Virus genome (UHGV): UHGV-1374396
Length of the DNA: 64,000 nucleotides
Source: a virus
Strand: one strand, 5' to 3'
In this document: in pieces, positions 1 to 9,676 of the stretch
Position numbering within the stretch: position 1 is the first letter of the stretch
How the letters are laid out: every line of letters starts with the position of its first letter
The notes under the pieces: generated by a model
Seen by the model: only the letters and a program-made list of their open reading frames with translations
What the model was told of the DNA's origin: nothing
The model's database searches: none
Position numbers and translations under genes: made by a program

Positions 1-235
1 CCTCTTCGTCGTCTTCGTCGTCTTCCTCTTCGTCGTCGTCTTCCTCTTCGTCGTCGTCTTCCTCTTCGTCGTCTTCCTCTGAAGAGCCTCCTGTAAGGGT
101 TTCAACTACTGATGCAGGAATTACTGTAATGATTGCCCAAGTACCGTCATCGTATCTAACTAGTACGTTGCCATTACCTAATTCGATTCTTTCAATCTCC
201 TGTTTAGCTGGAGCAGCTTTCTTAGCTTTTGCCAT
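1..235 (-). CDS. Hypothetical protein with poly-Asp/Glu C-terminal tail; partial (C-terminus runs off window start)
   Basis: Reverse-strand ATG at 235-233 reads MAKAKKAAPAKQEIERIELGNGNVLVRYDDGTWAIITVIPASVVETLTGGSSEEDDEEDD... The nucleotide repeat (cgtcgtcttc)n at 1-100 encodes the acidic run. No stop within the window. Confidence 0.5.
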   Translation of the reverse strand, partial: MAKAKKAAPAKQEIERIELGNGNVLVRYDDGTWAIITVIPASVVETLTGGSSEEDDEEEDDDEEEDDDEEEDDEDDEE

Positions 236-369
236 GTTGTTTAAAATTAATGTTTGTTATTAATATGATTAACTAAATATCTTTGTTTGAGATTATATTG
301 AAATACCTCATCTAGAAAGAGTATTCTAATAATATGAGGTGTTGTTTAATTTGCATTATGATATAGATG

Positions 370-960
370 CTATTCATCAAATTCAGCTATATGTCTATTC
401 TTTTCTAGTATACCTTTAGCTATTAGGTCTTCTTCTACCAATTGCCTATAAAGCCTTCTTTTTACATTACGGTATTTACGATTTAACCATTTGGTAGAGA
501 ACCTTCTATACTGATTACCAATATTATATAACTTATAGGTATCATTGAACTTATTTTTTCCTCCTTTATTGAATGCTCTATTCATGATGGTTATATATTT
601 TCTTCTTCTATGTTTATCTGAACGGAATTCTATAGGGTATGCCCATTGCCTTAGGTGTCTAACTTGGTCTCTTAAAAAGAAAACCTCATCATATTTATAT
701 TTAGGGAAAGTAGTAATGCCTTGTTTGATAAGCCTTTTACCACTTATAATATGAATATATTTATTAGCTTTTCTACCATGATAGAATGTTGCAACATGTC
801 TAGCGTGAAGTCTAGAAAAGTAGGGTATTCGGCAATAGTTTTTAGCATACAGCCTTGCTTCAGATCTCTGGTGAATACTTTTTCGTATCTTTTCAGGGAA
901 GTATGACCATATATAATACCTATCTGGCCATACAAATCTCCTATCCCTTAGAACCCTCAT
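370..960 (-). CDS. Hypothetical basic protein, rich in Arg/Lys/Tyr
   Basis: 196-aa ORF colinear with neighbouring genes. No motif I can recognise confidently. Confidence 0.4.
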   Translation of the reverse strand: MRVLRDRRFVWPDRYYIWSYFPEKIRKSIHQRSEARLYAKNYCRIPYFSRLHARHVATFYHGRKANKYIHIISGKRLIKQGITTFPKYKYDEVFFLRDQVRHLRQWAYPIEFRSDKHRRRKYITIMNRAFNKGGKNKFNDTYKLYNIGNQYRRFSTKWLNRKYRNVKRRLYRQLVEEDLIAKGILEKNRHIAEFDE

Positions 961-1510
961 TTTTCTTCATATCTTTTTGAGCAGCTCTTGACCAGAGTTT
1001 AATTGACTTCTCATTAGCTTCTGGGAATTTCTTTTGTACTCTTCTAATGATTCTCTCCAAGTCATAGCCCTTTTTGGTTAATTCGAATGTATAAGACTTC
1101 TTAGTTCCTTTTAACAGATTGAATTCATCTCTTTCTCTTGGCTTACGGAATTTTGATTTTGAAATACCTGGTACTCTTTTCTTTTTAAGTATTTCTCCAT
1201 TCTCTCCCTCTTCACTTATAAACCCCAGTCTAAGTCTTGAATTACGTATTGGGTCATCTTTTGGAACTCCAGTTTCATCGAAGTGTTTAATAATCCACTT
1301 ATCATATTCATTGATTAATTCTGGGTTTGGTTCTGGATTATCTCTTCTACTGATATAATCCATTAATCCTCCAATTCCGCATCCACAAGCATCTGGGAAG
1401 GGCATTCCAAGTATGATAGCTTGTCTTTTTAGGTCTTTCCAAGTACCTCTTGTGAGATTATCTCTTCTGAGTACTTCTTTTTGCTTACTGAGAATTTTCT
1501 TTTTTGCCAT
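941..1510 (-). CDS. Hypothetical early protein
   Basis: 189-aa ORF directly downstream of a conserved TTTG...TAnnTTTG promoter module at 1548-1579. Confidence 0.45.
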   Translation of the reverse strand: MAKKKILSKQKEVLRRDNLTRGTWKDLKRQAIILGMPFPDACGCGIGGLMDYISRRDNPEPNPELINEYDKWIIKHFDETGVPKDDPIRNSRLRLGFISEEGENGEILKKKRVPGISKSKFRKPRERDEFNLLKGTKKSYTFELTKKGYDLERIIRRVQKKFPEANEKSIKLWSRAAQKDMKKNEGSKG

Positions 1511-1547
1511 AGTTGCTAATGATTTTTATTTATTTAATTTGATATTG

Positions 1548-1579
1548 CAAAATTAATCATATATTTTTAATTATGCAAA
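1548..1579 (-). promoter_or_regulatory. Bacteroidetes-type promoter: -33 TTTG, 20-nt spacer, -7 TAatTTTG, followed by GCAATATCAAATTAAATAA
   Basis: Minus-strand sequence aaaaTATTTGCATAATTAAAAAtatatgatTAATTTTGCAATATCAAATTAAATAAataaaaatcattagcaactATG. Nearly identical modules occur upstream of the plus-strand genes at 26783 and 63226. Confidence 0.5.
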
Positions 1580-1585
1580 TATTTT

Positions 1586-2614
1586 CTATTTTTCTATATA
1601 AAAAGCTGAGGAATCAGCTCTAGTAACTGGTAGAGATTCGATTGGTCTAGATTCATATTTGCCTTTTACTTTCTTTTTCTTAGCACGAGCCTTTTTGATA
1701 GAACCAGAAGGATCTCTTGCCATATCAAGGTTCTCCCTACTGAAATTAATATTATTCATCTCATTATAGTTTAAAGCTCTTTGTACTATCTCTCTATACT
1801 CTGGCCAAAATTTCTGACCTAATCTAACTCTAGAAGTTTGTATATAATAATTTGATATCTTGAAACCTAATGAGTCAGCATCATACTTGCTATCGAATAC
1901 ATACATGTAGAAACTAGTTATTTCTTTTATAACCTCTGGGTCTTTACGTATAGGCATTACCAAGTAACCTTCTTTAAATAATCTCTTTGATATTAGAGCT
2001 ACGTATGCCGTATTATCTGCCTTACGACCTCTGTAGTAAAATCTTTCCTTAATCTTCTTTAGCATCCAAAAAGGTGTCTTTACTGGGTCTAGTAGATATT
2101 TAATGTATATCTTATCTTTCTTATTTAACCTACGCTTATATGCAGAAGGTTGTTGCCACTCATGAGGCAAGATTCTAAAATTATTCCATCTGTCGAATTC
2201 TAATATCAAAGCCAGTGTATCCTTATCCCAAGGGTCATCAGATTCTTTTAACAGTTTAAGGTTATTTCGTATAGAAGCAGTACTTATCTTCTTTACTAAA
2301 TTAGCTGAATCACCAGAAAATAATGCTGCACTTTTACGTTTAACTCTACGACAGATAAAAGCATCTATTAAATCCTTGAAACTCTCTTGGCAAGGATTAC
2401 CAGGTCTGAAGATACTTGGCCATTTCTCTAAAAAGTTAGTGAATAGTTTGAAAAATACCTCTGCCCTTTCTTTAATCTCAAGGTATTTATAATGAGATAA
2501 ACCAAGCATTTCTCCGGCTTCCCACGAAGACTTGCCTTGCCCTAGTGTCAAAAAAAGGGAGTGCTGCTCTTTCTCAAGCAACCACTCCCAAGCTCTTTTT
2601 TGATTTTCGTTCAT
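1586..2614 (-). CDS. Hypothetical protein with N-terminal HTH resembling sigma-70 region 4 or LuxR
   Basis: N-terminal GKSSWEAGEMLGLSHYKYLEIKERAEVFF resembles a region-4-type helix-turn-helix. The rest is unassigned. Confidence 0.4.
   Translation of the reverse strand: MNENQKRAWEWLLEKEQHSLFLTLGQGKSSWEAGEMLGLSHYKYLEIKERAEVFFKLFTNFLEKWPSIFRPGNPCQESFKDLIDAFICRRVKRKSAALFSGDSANLVKKISTASIRNNLKLLKESDDPWDKDTLALILEFDRWNNFRILPHEWQQPSAYKRRLNKKDKIYIKYLLDPVKTPFWMLKKIKERFYYRGRKADNTAYVALISKRLFKEGYLVMPIRKDPEVIKEITSFYMYVFDSKYDADSLGFKISNYYIQTSRVRLGQKFWPEYREIVQRALNYNEMNNINFSRENLDMARDPSGSIKKARAKKKKVKGKYESRPIESLPVTRADSSAFYIEK
1604..1619 (-). terminator. Hairpin (agctga/tcagct stem) followed by a U-run on the minus-strand transcript; overlaps the last 12 codons of the 1586-2614 ORF
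   Basis: Inverted repeat agctgaggaatcagct. The minus-strand RNA continues UUUUUAUAUAG. Confidence 0.25.
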
Positions 2615-2615
2615 A

Positions 2616-3338
2616 CTAATATGTTCTTTTATTTAATATATTATCTATCTTCTCCTGAGTAATATCTTCTTCTTTCTTATCTAGATAACTAGCATATAAT
2701 ACGTCTGGGTCATAGTTTTGATACACAGAGTATAATACATTATCAAATGGTAGAGATAGTTTCATAGTTCCATAATTTACTACCATTTCTAAACCTACCA
2801 ATCTATTTTTTAAATCTACAGAAGTAACTGTTGCTTCAACACCTTCATAAGGGTAACCCTTTAAATGAACGAATTGTCCTACCTTGAGATTTACTAAATC
2901 ATCTAAAGAATATTTCTTATTATCTTTAGCAATTCTGATAAACCTCTTTACATCGTTTTTAGGGCATAATGCAATTAGAGAGAAGTCATCGAAATCTTCT
3001 GCATTATCAACCCTTGCTTTCTTTTTCCTTGGATGTATAGTTACTGTATCTTTTACCCAGTGATGTATACCGGGTATAGTCTTCTTTAATTTGTTAAGAA
3101 ATGTACGATTATGAGCTAGTTGGATATCCATTTTCATAAACCCATAATTAAAAAGTACGGGCTCTTTAGAATATACCATCTTACCTTTATGTGTTTTTTT
3201 AAGCACATTTACCATTGGTATTATTGGTTTTACTCCTTTAATACCGGCTTCTTCCAGTTGAGATTTTATATTACTAAAATATTTCTTATCGAGGTAGAAT
3301 ATACAGTATACTTTCTTTCTAGAGCCTGACTTTTTCAT
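2616..3338 (-). CDS. NusG-like transcription antitermination factor paralog (NGN + KOW domains)
   Basis: N-terminal KKVYCIFY...LFNYGFMKM matches the NusG NGN pattern (WYvv...FPGYVfV). C-terminal LKVGQFVHLKGYPYEGVEATVTSVDLKNRLVGLEMVVNYGTMKLSLPF aligns with the NusG KOW segment [45 protein letters not shown]. Confidence 0.5.
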   Translation of the reverse strand: MKKSGSRKKVYCIFYLDKKYFSNIKSQLEEAGIKGVKPIIPMVNVLKKTHKGKMVYSKEPVLFNYGFMKMDIQLAHNRTFLNKLKKTIPGIHHWVKDTVTIHPRKKKARVDNAEDFDDFSLIALCPKNDVKRFIRIAKDNKKYSLDDLVNLKVGQFVHLKGYPYEGVEATVTSVDLKNRLVGLEMVVNYGTMKLSLPFDNVLYSVYQNYDPDVLYASYLDKKEEDITQEKIDNILNKRTY

Positions 3339-3339
3339 A

Positions 3340-3864
3340 TTATTTAACTAGTAATTTTGCTTGTTTGTGTATACTTTTGTAATTCACATACTTTTGTACA
3401 GCAGAAGCCATGTAGATACATAAGGTATTCTCTGGGGTCACTATAGTCATGCTTCTTTCTCCCTTACCTTGAAGCTGAGTTTCTATTACACTACCTAAAC
3501 TTTGGTCTACAACAAAGAAGAATTCACCTTTTGGCATTGAATTATATCTCATAACCAAGATAGGTACCTTAGATGATCTTTCTGCATCACGTTTTGCTTG
3601 TTCCCAGAATTTCTCTATTACTGAGCCTTTTGTACCTAATAGAGTATGTTCGAAGTTTATATCCTTATAATTCTTACACTCTATTGATAATTTACAACGA
3701 TGGGCGTGTTTCTCATCAGTACACATAACGTCTGAGGATAGGTCTTTACTTTTATGGTAAGCTCCCGAGTATGGGGTTCTTCCAAATGTAAAGCCAGACC
3801 AATCAGTAAAGTATTTTGCAACTGATCTTTCGAACCTTGAACCTTTATTTTTTGAGTTTGTCAT
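3340..3864 (-). CDS. Holliday-junction resolvase, archaeal Hjc-like PD-(D/E)xK nuclease
   Basis: KGSRFERSVAKYF...DVMCTDEK...LSIECKNYKD follows the Hjc pattern GSxxERELVKxL...D...E-x-K. Confidence 0.5.
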   Translation of the reverse strand: MTNSKNKGSRFERSVAKYFTDWSGFTFGRTPYSGAYHKSKDLSSDVMCTDEKHAHRCKLSIECKNYKDINFEHTLLGTKGSVIEKFWEQAKRDAERSSKVPILVMRYNSMPKGEFFFVVDQSLGSVIETQLQGKGERSMTIVTPENTLCIYMASAVQKYVNYKSIHKQAKLLVK

Positions 3865-3896
3865 TTGTATTGTTGTTTAGTTTGTTATTTATAACC

Positions 3897-5612
3897 TTAT
3901 AGTATTCTAAACCGGCTTATACCATTAATACGTTCAACTTGCAAGGTCTTAAAATTAGATAAAGGTAAGGAATCTTGGTGTGTAATAAGGAATAGATTTT
4001 TTCCTTCAAATACATTATCCAATAATGATATAACGATATCTATGTTATCGGTAGATAATGATTCGAATACTTCATCTAAGAAAGCTATGTTAATATCTTT
4101 CGAAGAAGTTAGTGTTTCGTTCATTGCTAATGCCATAGCCACATTACACAACTGTTGTTGACCTCCTGATAATTCCTCGTAGTCATAATATTCACCATCC
4201 ATTTCGATAGTAGTTACAAAATCCTTCTTTGTAGAATCTAAATCTACTTCGAAAGCAATTCTAAAACCTAATACTCTTGAATAAGCTTCTAGCGTATTAT
4301 TTAACCTACCTAATGAAGAATCGAATAAGTATGCCTTTATACCTTTATTACTTAGAGGGTCAGATATTAACCAATTATAATTGTCTAGCTCTAGCTTGTA
4401 TTTATCTAAACTACCTTTTACATTATCAATATCTGTGTGTAGTTTGTGAGCTTTCTTTTTGTACTTAGGTGATAGTATTTCTAACTTTTGGCCCTTTAAC
4501 TTCGATAACTTGGTATTTAACTCTTCAAGAGATTCTTCTAAATCTTCGATATCCGATTCAATAGAATTGAACTTTCTTAATTTCTCTTTTATATCTGAGA
4601 TATCATCCCTTACGGCTTCACGTTTATCGTTTAAGTCTTCGATACTTAGATACGCCCTCTTAATTTCTTTAACTAAAGCCAAAGCCTTTGATACCTTATT
4701 TGCTTCCAATAGGTCTACAACATGAGTTATAACTTCTATTAAAGGTTGGTTAGAAATTGTCTTTGCCTTACTTATATCATTATTTAAGCTTGAATACGTT
4801 TCGTTTAGTGTATTAAGCTTTTTCTCTAGAGTACTAACTTTCTTTTTATTATAAGTTAATCTTGTACTTTCTATATCTTTCTCTAGATTTTTCTTATGTT
4901 TTAAGAGTTTGCTCTTCTCTTCCTTTAATTCGGATTTGAAATTCTTTTCCCTACTTCTGAAATCTTTATAGGCTTCTCTGGCAGTATTATATTCATTCTC
5001 CAATGACCTAAGCTTTGAAGATAATTCGGAAACCTTACTAGATACTTTGTTCTTATATTGCTTAGCCAAGGTAGTAGCTACATTCAAATAATTGAGATTG
5101 AATACCTCTTCAAACAGTTTCTTCTTATCAGTATTTGATTCTTGTATCAATTTCTTCATACCTTGACCAAACATGATAGAATTCATAAATAGGTTATAGG
5201 TTAAACCAAGTTCATTATTTAAGAACTCCTGTAATTTAACCTTACCTTTGATATCTTGAGGTACAGCATCTTTTACTACCAAAAGTCTATCTTTACCTTT
5301 TGCACCATCTTCAAGTGTACCAGTATAGTTTTGACAACGTGTAACTTTATAGAATGAATTATCTCGTTGAAAGTATACCTCTACCAAAGTACCTTGATAG
5401 TCTTTTGTTTGGTACTTCTTCTTGGTATTTACATCTGAAGTACCCTTTATAGATTTACCGTATAAACACCATACCAAAGCAGAGAATATAGAACTCTTGC
5501 CTGCACCGTTACTTGCTCGTATTACTACCGATGTACCCTGATTAAGGTCTAAGGTATTATCACCCTCGTATGAACAAAATCCTTTTATTCTTAATCTTAT
5601 AAATGTTATCAT
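3897..5612 (-). CDS. SbcC/Rad50-like recombination ATPase (T4 gp46-like)
   Basis: N-terminal Walker A ASNGAGKSSIFSAL, a long central coiled coil, and C-terminal ABC signature LSGGQQQ plus Walker B AFLDEVF. Confidence 0.8.
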   Translation of the reverse strand: MITFIRLRIKGFCSYEGDNTLDLNQGTSVVIRASNGAGKSSIFSALVWCLYGKSIKGTSDVNTKKKYQTKDYQGTLVEVYFQRDNSFYKVTRCQNYTGTLEDGAKGKDRLLVVKDAVPQDIKGKVKLQEFLNNELGLTYNLFMNSIMFGQGMKKLIQESNTDKKKLFEEVFNLNYLNVATTLAKQYKNKVSSKVSELSSKLRSLENEYNTAREAYKDFRSREKNFKSELKEEKSKLLKHKKNLEKDIESTRLTYNKKKVSTLEKKLNTLNETYSSLNNDISKAKTISNQPLIEVITHVVDLLEANKVSKALALVKEIKRAYLSIEDLNDKREAVRDDISDIKEKLRKFNSIESDIEDLEESLEELNTKLSKLKGQKLEILSPKYKKKAHKLHTDIDNVKGSLDKYKLELDNYNWLISDPLSNKGIKAYLFDSSLGRLNNTLEAYSRVLGFRIAFEVDLDSTKKDFVTTIEMDGEYYDYEELSGGQQQLCNVAMALAMNETLTSSKDINIAFLDEVFESLSTDNIDIVISLLDNVFEGKNLFLITHQDSLPLSNFKTLQVERINGISRFRIL

Positions 5613-6616
5613 TGTTCTGATTCTTTTAGTATTTTTACCAATAAATCTTCCTTACACTTATCTTTAATACCTTGTTGTTTCATGTACCTATGTGCCAATC
5701 TTTTCTTTGAAAGTTGTTTAGTGATTTTATGGTTCACTACATCGGGTAAGTTTATCTTACTTGGTAGTACGGTGTAATAGTTACCATCATCCTTTACATC
5801 GGTATCTTTTTCTACATCTATGAACCTTGGATATTTAGCTAGATGTATAAACTTCATACTTAAATCTGTATATACCTCCCAATAACCCATATCACAATTC
5901 TTATCGGTTCGTCGTTGATGTAAGGGAGCTCCAATCATATAAACCTTTTTACCAAGCTTTTGAGGTTTGTGTATATGACCACATAGAACTAAATCAAACC
6001 TTGATAGAGTATTTAAGTTTAGATTCTCTACCGAATCTATTCTTCTATCATCGGTATCTTTTGCACCGGGATAATCAGTATGTAGTAATAGTATATGTTT
6101 ATAATCTGAGTTCAACCTTCTATTCTTAAGGTACTCAGATAAACCAGTATTATGATCTATGTAAGGTATACCGTGTACTTGAAACTCTTTGAACGGTCCA
6201 ATGTTCAATAGTGTATCTGGTTCTAGGACATTTAATACTGTGTTTTGGAATAAACTAATCCAACCTTTGGTGATATTACCTAATGTATTTACTTTCTTCA
6301 GGTCATGGTTACCCTCTATACAGTAAATACGTTGTCTTGGAAACTTATTAACTAAATCATCAAAGAAACTCTTAGCCATTAAGGCAAGTTCCTGGTCTAT
6401 GTTTTCTGGTTTATGAAACATATCTCCACAAAATAGAATAGGTACATCACCTCGTTTCTTAGATTCAGCACATAAAGTTTCTATTACATCAAAACCGTTT
6501 TTAGTTCTAGTTTTATTATCATTAAACTTTGCCCACAGGTTTAGGTGTAAATCAGAAAAGGCAAGGGCTAATAACTCCTTGCCTTCCTTTTTCTTGTTTT
6601 TCTTAAATCTTGTCAT
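5609..6616 (-). CDS. SbcD/Mre11-like nuclease (T4 gp47-like), calcineurin-type phosphoesterase
   Basis: Phosphoesterase motifs LAFSDLHL, GDMFH, GNHD, GHIH. Coupled by overlap to the SbcC-like gene. Confidence 0.8.
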   Translation of the reverse strand: MTRFKKNKKKEGKELLALAFSDLHLNLWAKFNDNKTRTKNGFDVIETLCAESKKRGDVPILFCGDMFHKPENIDQELALMAKSFFDDLVNKFPRQRIYCIEGNHDLKKVNTLGNITKGWISLFQNTVLNVLEPDTLLNIGPFKEFQVHGIPYIDHNTGLSEYLKNRRLNSDYKHILLLHTDYPGAKDTDDRRIDSVENLNLNTLSRFDLVLCGHIHKPQKLGKKVYMIGAPLHQRRTDKNCDMGYWEVYTDLSMKFIHLAKYPRFIDVEKDTDVKDDGNYYTVLPSKINLPDVVNHKITKQLSKKRLAHRYMKQQGIKDKCKEDLLVKILKESEQ

Positions 6617-7316
6617 TTACAAACAAGTTTATAATTTCAACTCTTTTATCTAGCTCTAACTCTTTAAGTATCAGTACTCGGGTATTACCATATATGTTGT
6701 TTATGATACCTACTTCTGCACCATAATCTAAAGATTGTTTAGATTTGAATATACTAACATTAGGCATATCTTCAATGCTTTGTTGTTTTACGTAACCAAA
6801 TCTTTCTAGAGCCATAAACATGATTTGAGAGATTGTCCACTGAAAGTACTGGTTTAATATTCTCTTATCATTATTCTCTATTACCCAATTCTGGAATGTT
6901 TCAAAGGTGAATGGTAAGAATATCAGATGAGTACAATGTTTTGCTAAACACTGTCTGCACATACTTATAAATTGTTCTATCTCGCATTGTGGTAGTACAC
7001 TAGCCTGTTTATATAAGAAATATGCAGCATTATCTACAAAACTTCTATCACTTACTACGTTAACCAAACCAGATTCTGCTGCTTCCTTAAAAGCTTTATT
7101 CCTTAGATTCAACAGTTGGTAATCCTGCAAAGCTAACTCTTTAGAATCATGAGATAACATATCTCCATGTTTCTCATCTTTTGTAAGAGGTAATAGGTCT
7201 GACATACTTCCAGATATGAATGTAAAACCGTTATCTACTAATTTGTTAGCTAGAGTAGTTTTACCACTACCACTAAACCCAAGGAACATTACGTTTGTAT
7301 TATTCATCTTTTCCAT
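6603..7316 (-). CDS. P-loop nucleotide kinase, candidate dNMP kinase
   Basis: N-terminal Walker A FLGFSGSGKTTLANKL. Size and context (nucleotide metabolism, T4 gp1 analogy) suggest a deoxynucleotide kinase. Confidence 0.45.
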   Translation of the reverse strand: MEKMNNTNVMFLGFSGSGKTTLANKLVDNGFTFISGSMSDLLPLTKDEKHGDMLSHDSKELALQDYQLLNLRNKAFKEAAESGLVNVVSDRSFVDNAAYFLYKQASVLPQCEIEQFISMCRQCLAKHCTHLIFLPFTFETFQNWVIENNDKRILNQYFQWTISQIMFMALERFGYVKQQSIEDMPNVSIFKSKQSLDYGAEVGIINNIYGNTRVLILKELELDKRVEIINLFVNDKI

Positions 7317-8271
7317 AACTACGAATTATTTGTTCTTCCCAATTTTGTAAAAACATTTTGTTTAAGAATGAGCTTATCGAGTTAGATACTGCAAATTCTT
7401 TGAATTTTAGCATTTTAAGCTTCTTACTCTTATAGGTCTTAACGGGTAAATCTTCTGGTTTTAGTGGATACTGATTAACAAACCATTTCAAATCGATAAG
7501 AGCTCTATTTCTATCACGTACCTCTAACATCTTTTTATGACCTTCATCACCTTTAAGGAATTCATCACCATCAAGGTAACTCTGAATTGAGCCAAATTGT
7601 TCAAGGAATATCTTTGCTTTCTTATCACCTATACCTGGGTACCCTGGGATGTCATCAGAAGAATCCCCTACCAAAGTTAGGTAGTCTACGGTATCTTTTG
7701 ACTTATAACCAAATAGAGCCTCACAATTAAGTTCCATAACAATCTGATCTTTACGCATATTGTAGATCTTTACTGTTTGGCCCCTCAGTAACTGGTTGAA
7801 ATCCTTATCTGATGTAACTAAGGTAATCTTAGATTTACGAGGTAAGTATTTTAAAGTTAGGTATGCTAAGAAATCATCTCCTTCATAATTGCATAATTTA
7901 TGCTTATCATAGATATACTTAATTCTTAGATATCTAAGAAGTTGCATAATCTGCTTTTTTTGATTCTGCAATGATTCATAATCAATTGATATATTCTTTC
8001 TATGTGCTTTATAGGTTGGTAATATATCTTTTCTGTACTTAGAATGACCATTGTCGAATACTATATACATATCATCAGGTTTAAACCTGTACATGTAGTG
8101 ATGTAGACTTTTAAAGAAACCAAATACTGCTCCTGTGGGAGTTCCATCTGGTGCAGTAAATCTGTTGAACTTATGGAAGCTCTGATGTAATAGACCTTCT
8201 CCATCTACTAAAAGGTAAGACAGCCTTTTATCTGCTGTCTTACTAATATTATTTTTACTCTTCGTTGCCAT
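7300..8271 (-). CDS. 5'-3' exonuclease / flap endonuclease (RNase H-like, FEN family)
   Basis: LVDGEGLLHQSF, VFDNGHSKYRKDILPTYKAHRK, VTSDKDFNQLL and the H3TH element IPGYPGIGDKKA match the FEN/5'-3' exonuclease family. Confidence 0.75.
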   Translation of the reverse strand: MATKSKNNISKTADKRLSYLLVDGEGLLHQSFHKFNRFTAPDGTPTGAVFGFFKSLHHYMYRFKPDDMYIVFDNGHSKYRKDILPTYKAHRKNISIDYESLQNQKKQIMQLLRYLRIKYIYDKHKLCNYEGDDFLAYLTLKYLPRKSKITLVTSDKDFNQLLRGQTVKIYNMRKDQIVMELNCEALFGYKSKDTVDYLTLVGDSSDDIPGYPGIGDKKAKIFLEQFGSIQSYLDGDEFLKGDEGHKKMLEVRDRNRALIDLKWFVNQYPLKPEDLPVKTYKSKKLKMLKFKEFAVSNSISSFLNKMFLQNWEEQIIRSYGKDE

Positions 8272-8473
8272 ATTCAGTTTCGATTAATCGATTGATATAC
8301 CACCTTGCTTTTAATAGGTCTTCTTTACCGTTCTTTTTACGATGTCTAGTTACATACTTAACAACGTTACCTTCAGAGAAATTGAGGTTATTTGCCTCAA
8401 TATAATCAATAGGCTCTATGCCTTGTTGAGCATAGTGTTCTGGGTGTGTTTTATTCATCTTCTTCTCCTTCAT
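8255..8473 (-). CDS. Small conserved phage protein, possibly DUF3310-like
   Basis: 72 aa containing HPEHY...IEPIDYIEANNLNFSEGNVVKYVTRHRKK..EDLLKARWYINRLIE. The family assignment is from memory only. Confidence 0.35.
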   Translation of the reverse strand: MKEKKMNKTHPEHYAQQGIEPIDYIEANNLNFSEGNVVKYVTRHRKKNGKEDLLKARWYINRLIETEYGNEE

Positions 8474-9578
8474 AGTCGTCGTCTGATATACCCTCTACTG
8501 GGTAGAGGTTTTCTGTTAAACTTTCTAGTAATTTTTTGGTAGTTCCAAGGGTATTTATACCTGCTTTCTTAATCAACTTTCTACGGAGATCATCATCTTC
8601 CTCTAGAAGTTTAATAAATTTCTCTTGACCTCGGCATAAATTTTTACCCTTATAAGAATATGTACCACCTCCAGATTTTTCGATTATCTCTTCTTCCAGT
8701 AATATCTCATCTAAGAAGTGAAGTCTATCGAAACCGATGTTATCAACGTATTTAGGGTTATTATACAAAGGAGTTCCTTTCAAGGTTGGTCCTGGTGGAG
8801 CTACTTTGTTTTTAATCGTACGTATTGATGTTACTCTACCTATCTTACGTTCTTTGCCTTTTATTTTCTTTGTGATTTGTTTACCACCATACATACCTAT
8901 ACGTAATGAAGCATAAAAAGCTAATGCCTTACCTCCTGGAGTTACATCAGGATTCTCAAACATACCTGCTTTTAGATTCTTACGTAATTGATTGATATAT
9001 AACTGTGTAATACCAAGAGAATATAACATTTCATTTCGTATTCTGAAATATTTATATATTGCCTTTGCTCTATTACCCATATCAGCAGAAGCATTATCCA
9101 TTTCAGAATTAATATTAGCATCAGTATCTAGAGCAGACATCGAATCTAATACCAATAATATTGGTTCGTTATTAGTAAGTTGACTTCTCCAATATAAGGA
9201 CATAGAAGCTACCCAATCTGATATCTTTTCTATTGCAGTTTCTCTGTATACTACTACTCTAGATAAATCTAAACCATTTACTTCTGCCCATGAATTAGTA
9301 AAGGATTGTTCGGCATCTATCCATAATACTATACCACCAAGATATTGACAACAATAAGCAAAGTCGAATGCCATCAATGATTTACCAGAACTCTCTTCTC
9401 CGAATAGTTCTAATACTTTACCAAAAGGTATACCTCCACCAAGTACTTTATTGAAAGCTAAGAATCTTGAAGGTAACCAAGGTGTTTTACTCTCATCTAC
9501 CTCACTAGCAATATACTGAGTAGGGTACTTTTTCTGTAATTCCCTGAGAGTAGGGATTTTTATCTTCTTTCTTGCCAT
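8451..9578 (-). CDS. RecA/UvsX-family recombinase
   Basis: VLELFGEESSGKSLMAF (RecA Walker A EIYGPESSGKTTLAL), LWIDAEQSF (RecA IDAEHALD), Walker B LLVLDSMSAL. Acidic C-terminal tail DDDYEGEEDE. Confidence 0.7.
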   Translation of the reverse strand: MARKKIKIPTLRELQKKYPTQYIASEVDESKTPWLPSRFLAFNKVLGGGIPFGKVLELFGEESSGKSLMAFDFAYCCQYLGGIVLWIDAEQSFTNSWAEVNGLDLSRVVVYRETAIEKISDWVASMSLYWRSQLTNNEPILLVLDSMSALDTDANINSEMDNASADMGNRAKAIYKYFRIRNEMLYSLGITQLYINQLRKNLKAGMFENPDVTPGGKALAFYASLRIGMYGGKQITKKIKGKERKIGRVTSIRTIKNKVAPPGPTLKGTPLYNNPKYVDNIGFDRLHFLDEILLEEEIIEKSGGGTYSYKGKNLCRGQEKFIKLLEEDDDLRRKLIKKAGINTLGTTKKLLESLTENLYPVEGISDDDYEGEEDE

Positions 9579-9676
9579 ATTATAATATATTCAACAAAAT
9601 AGGGAGATAGCTAATAACTAACCACCTCCCTACATATATAACTAGTATGAAAAGTTATTTAGCTAGAGTACCTTTA

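Noticed and set aside
545-935. Several short plus- and minus-strand ORFs (545-754, 721-906, 744-935) inside 370-960
   Set aside because: They are fully nested in a longer ORF on the dominant coding strand. This is typical of spurious frames in AT-rich DNA.
1604-1619. The agctga/tcagct hairpin as a bona fide terminator of the 1586-2614 gene
   Set aside because: The hairpin and its U-run lie inside the last 12 codons of the ORF. It is kept only as a low-confidence feature, and it may simply be coding sequence.
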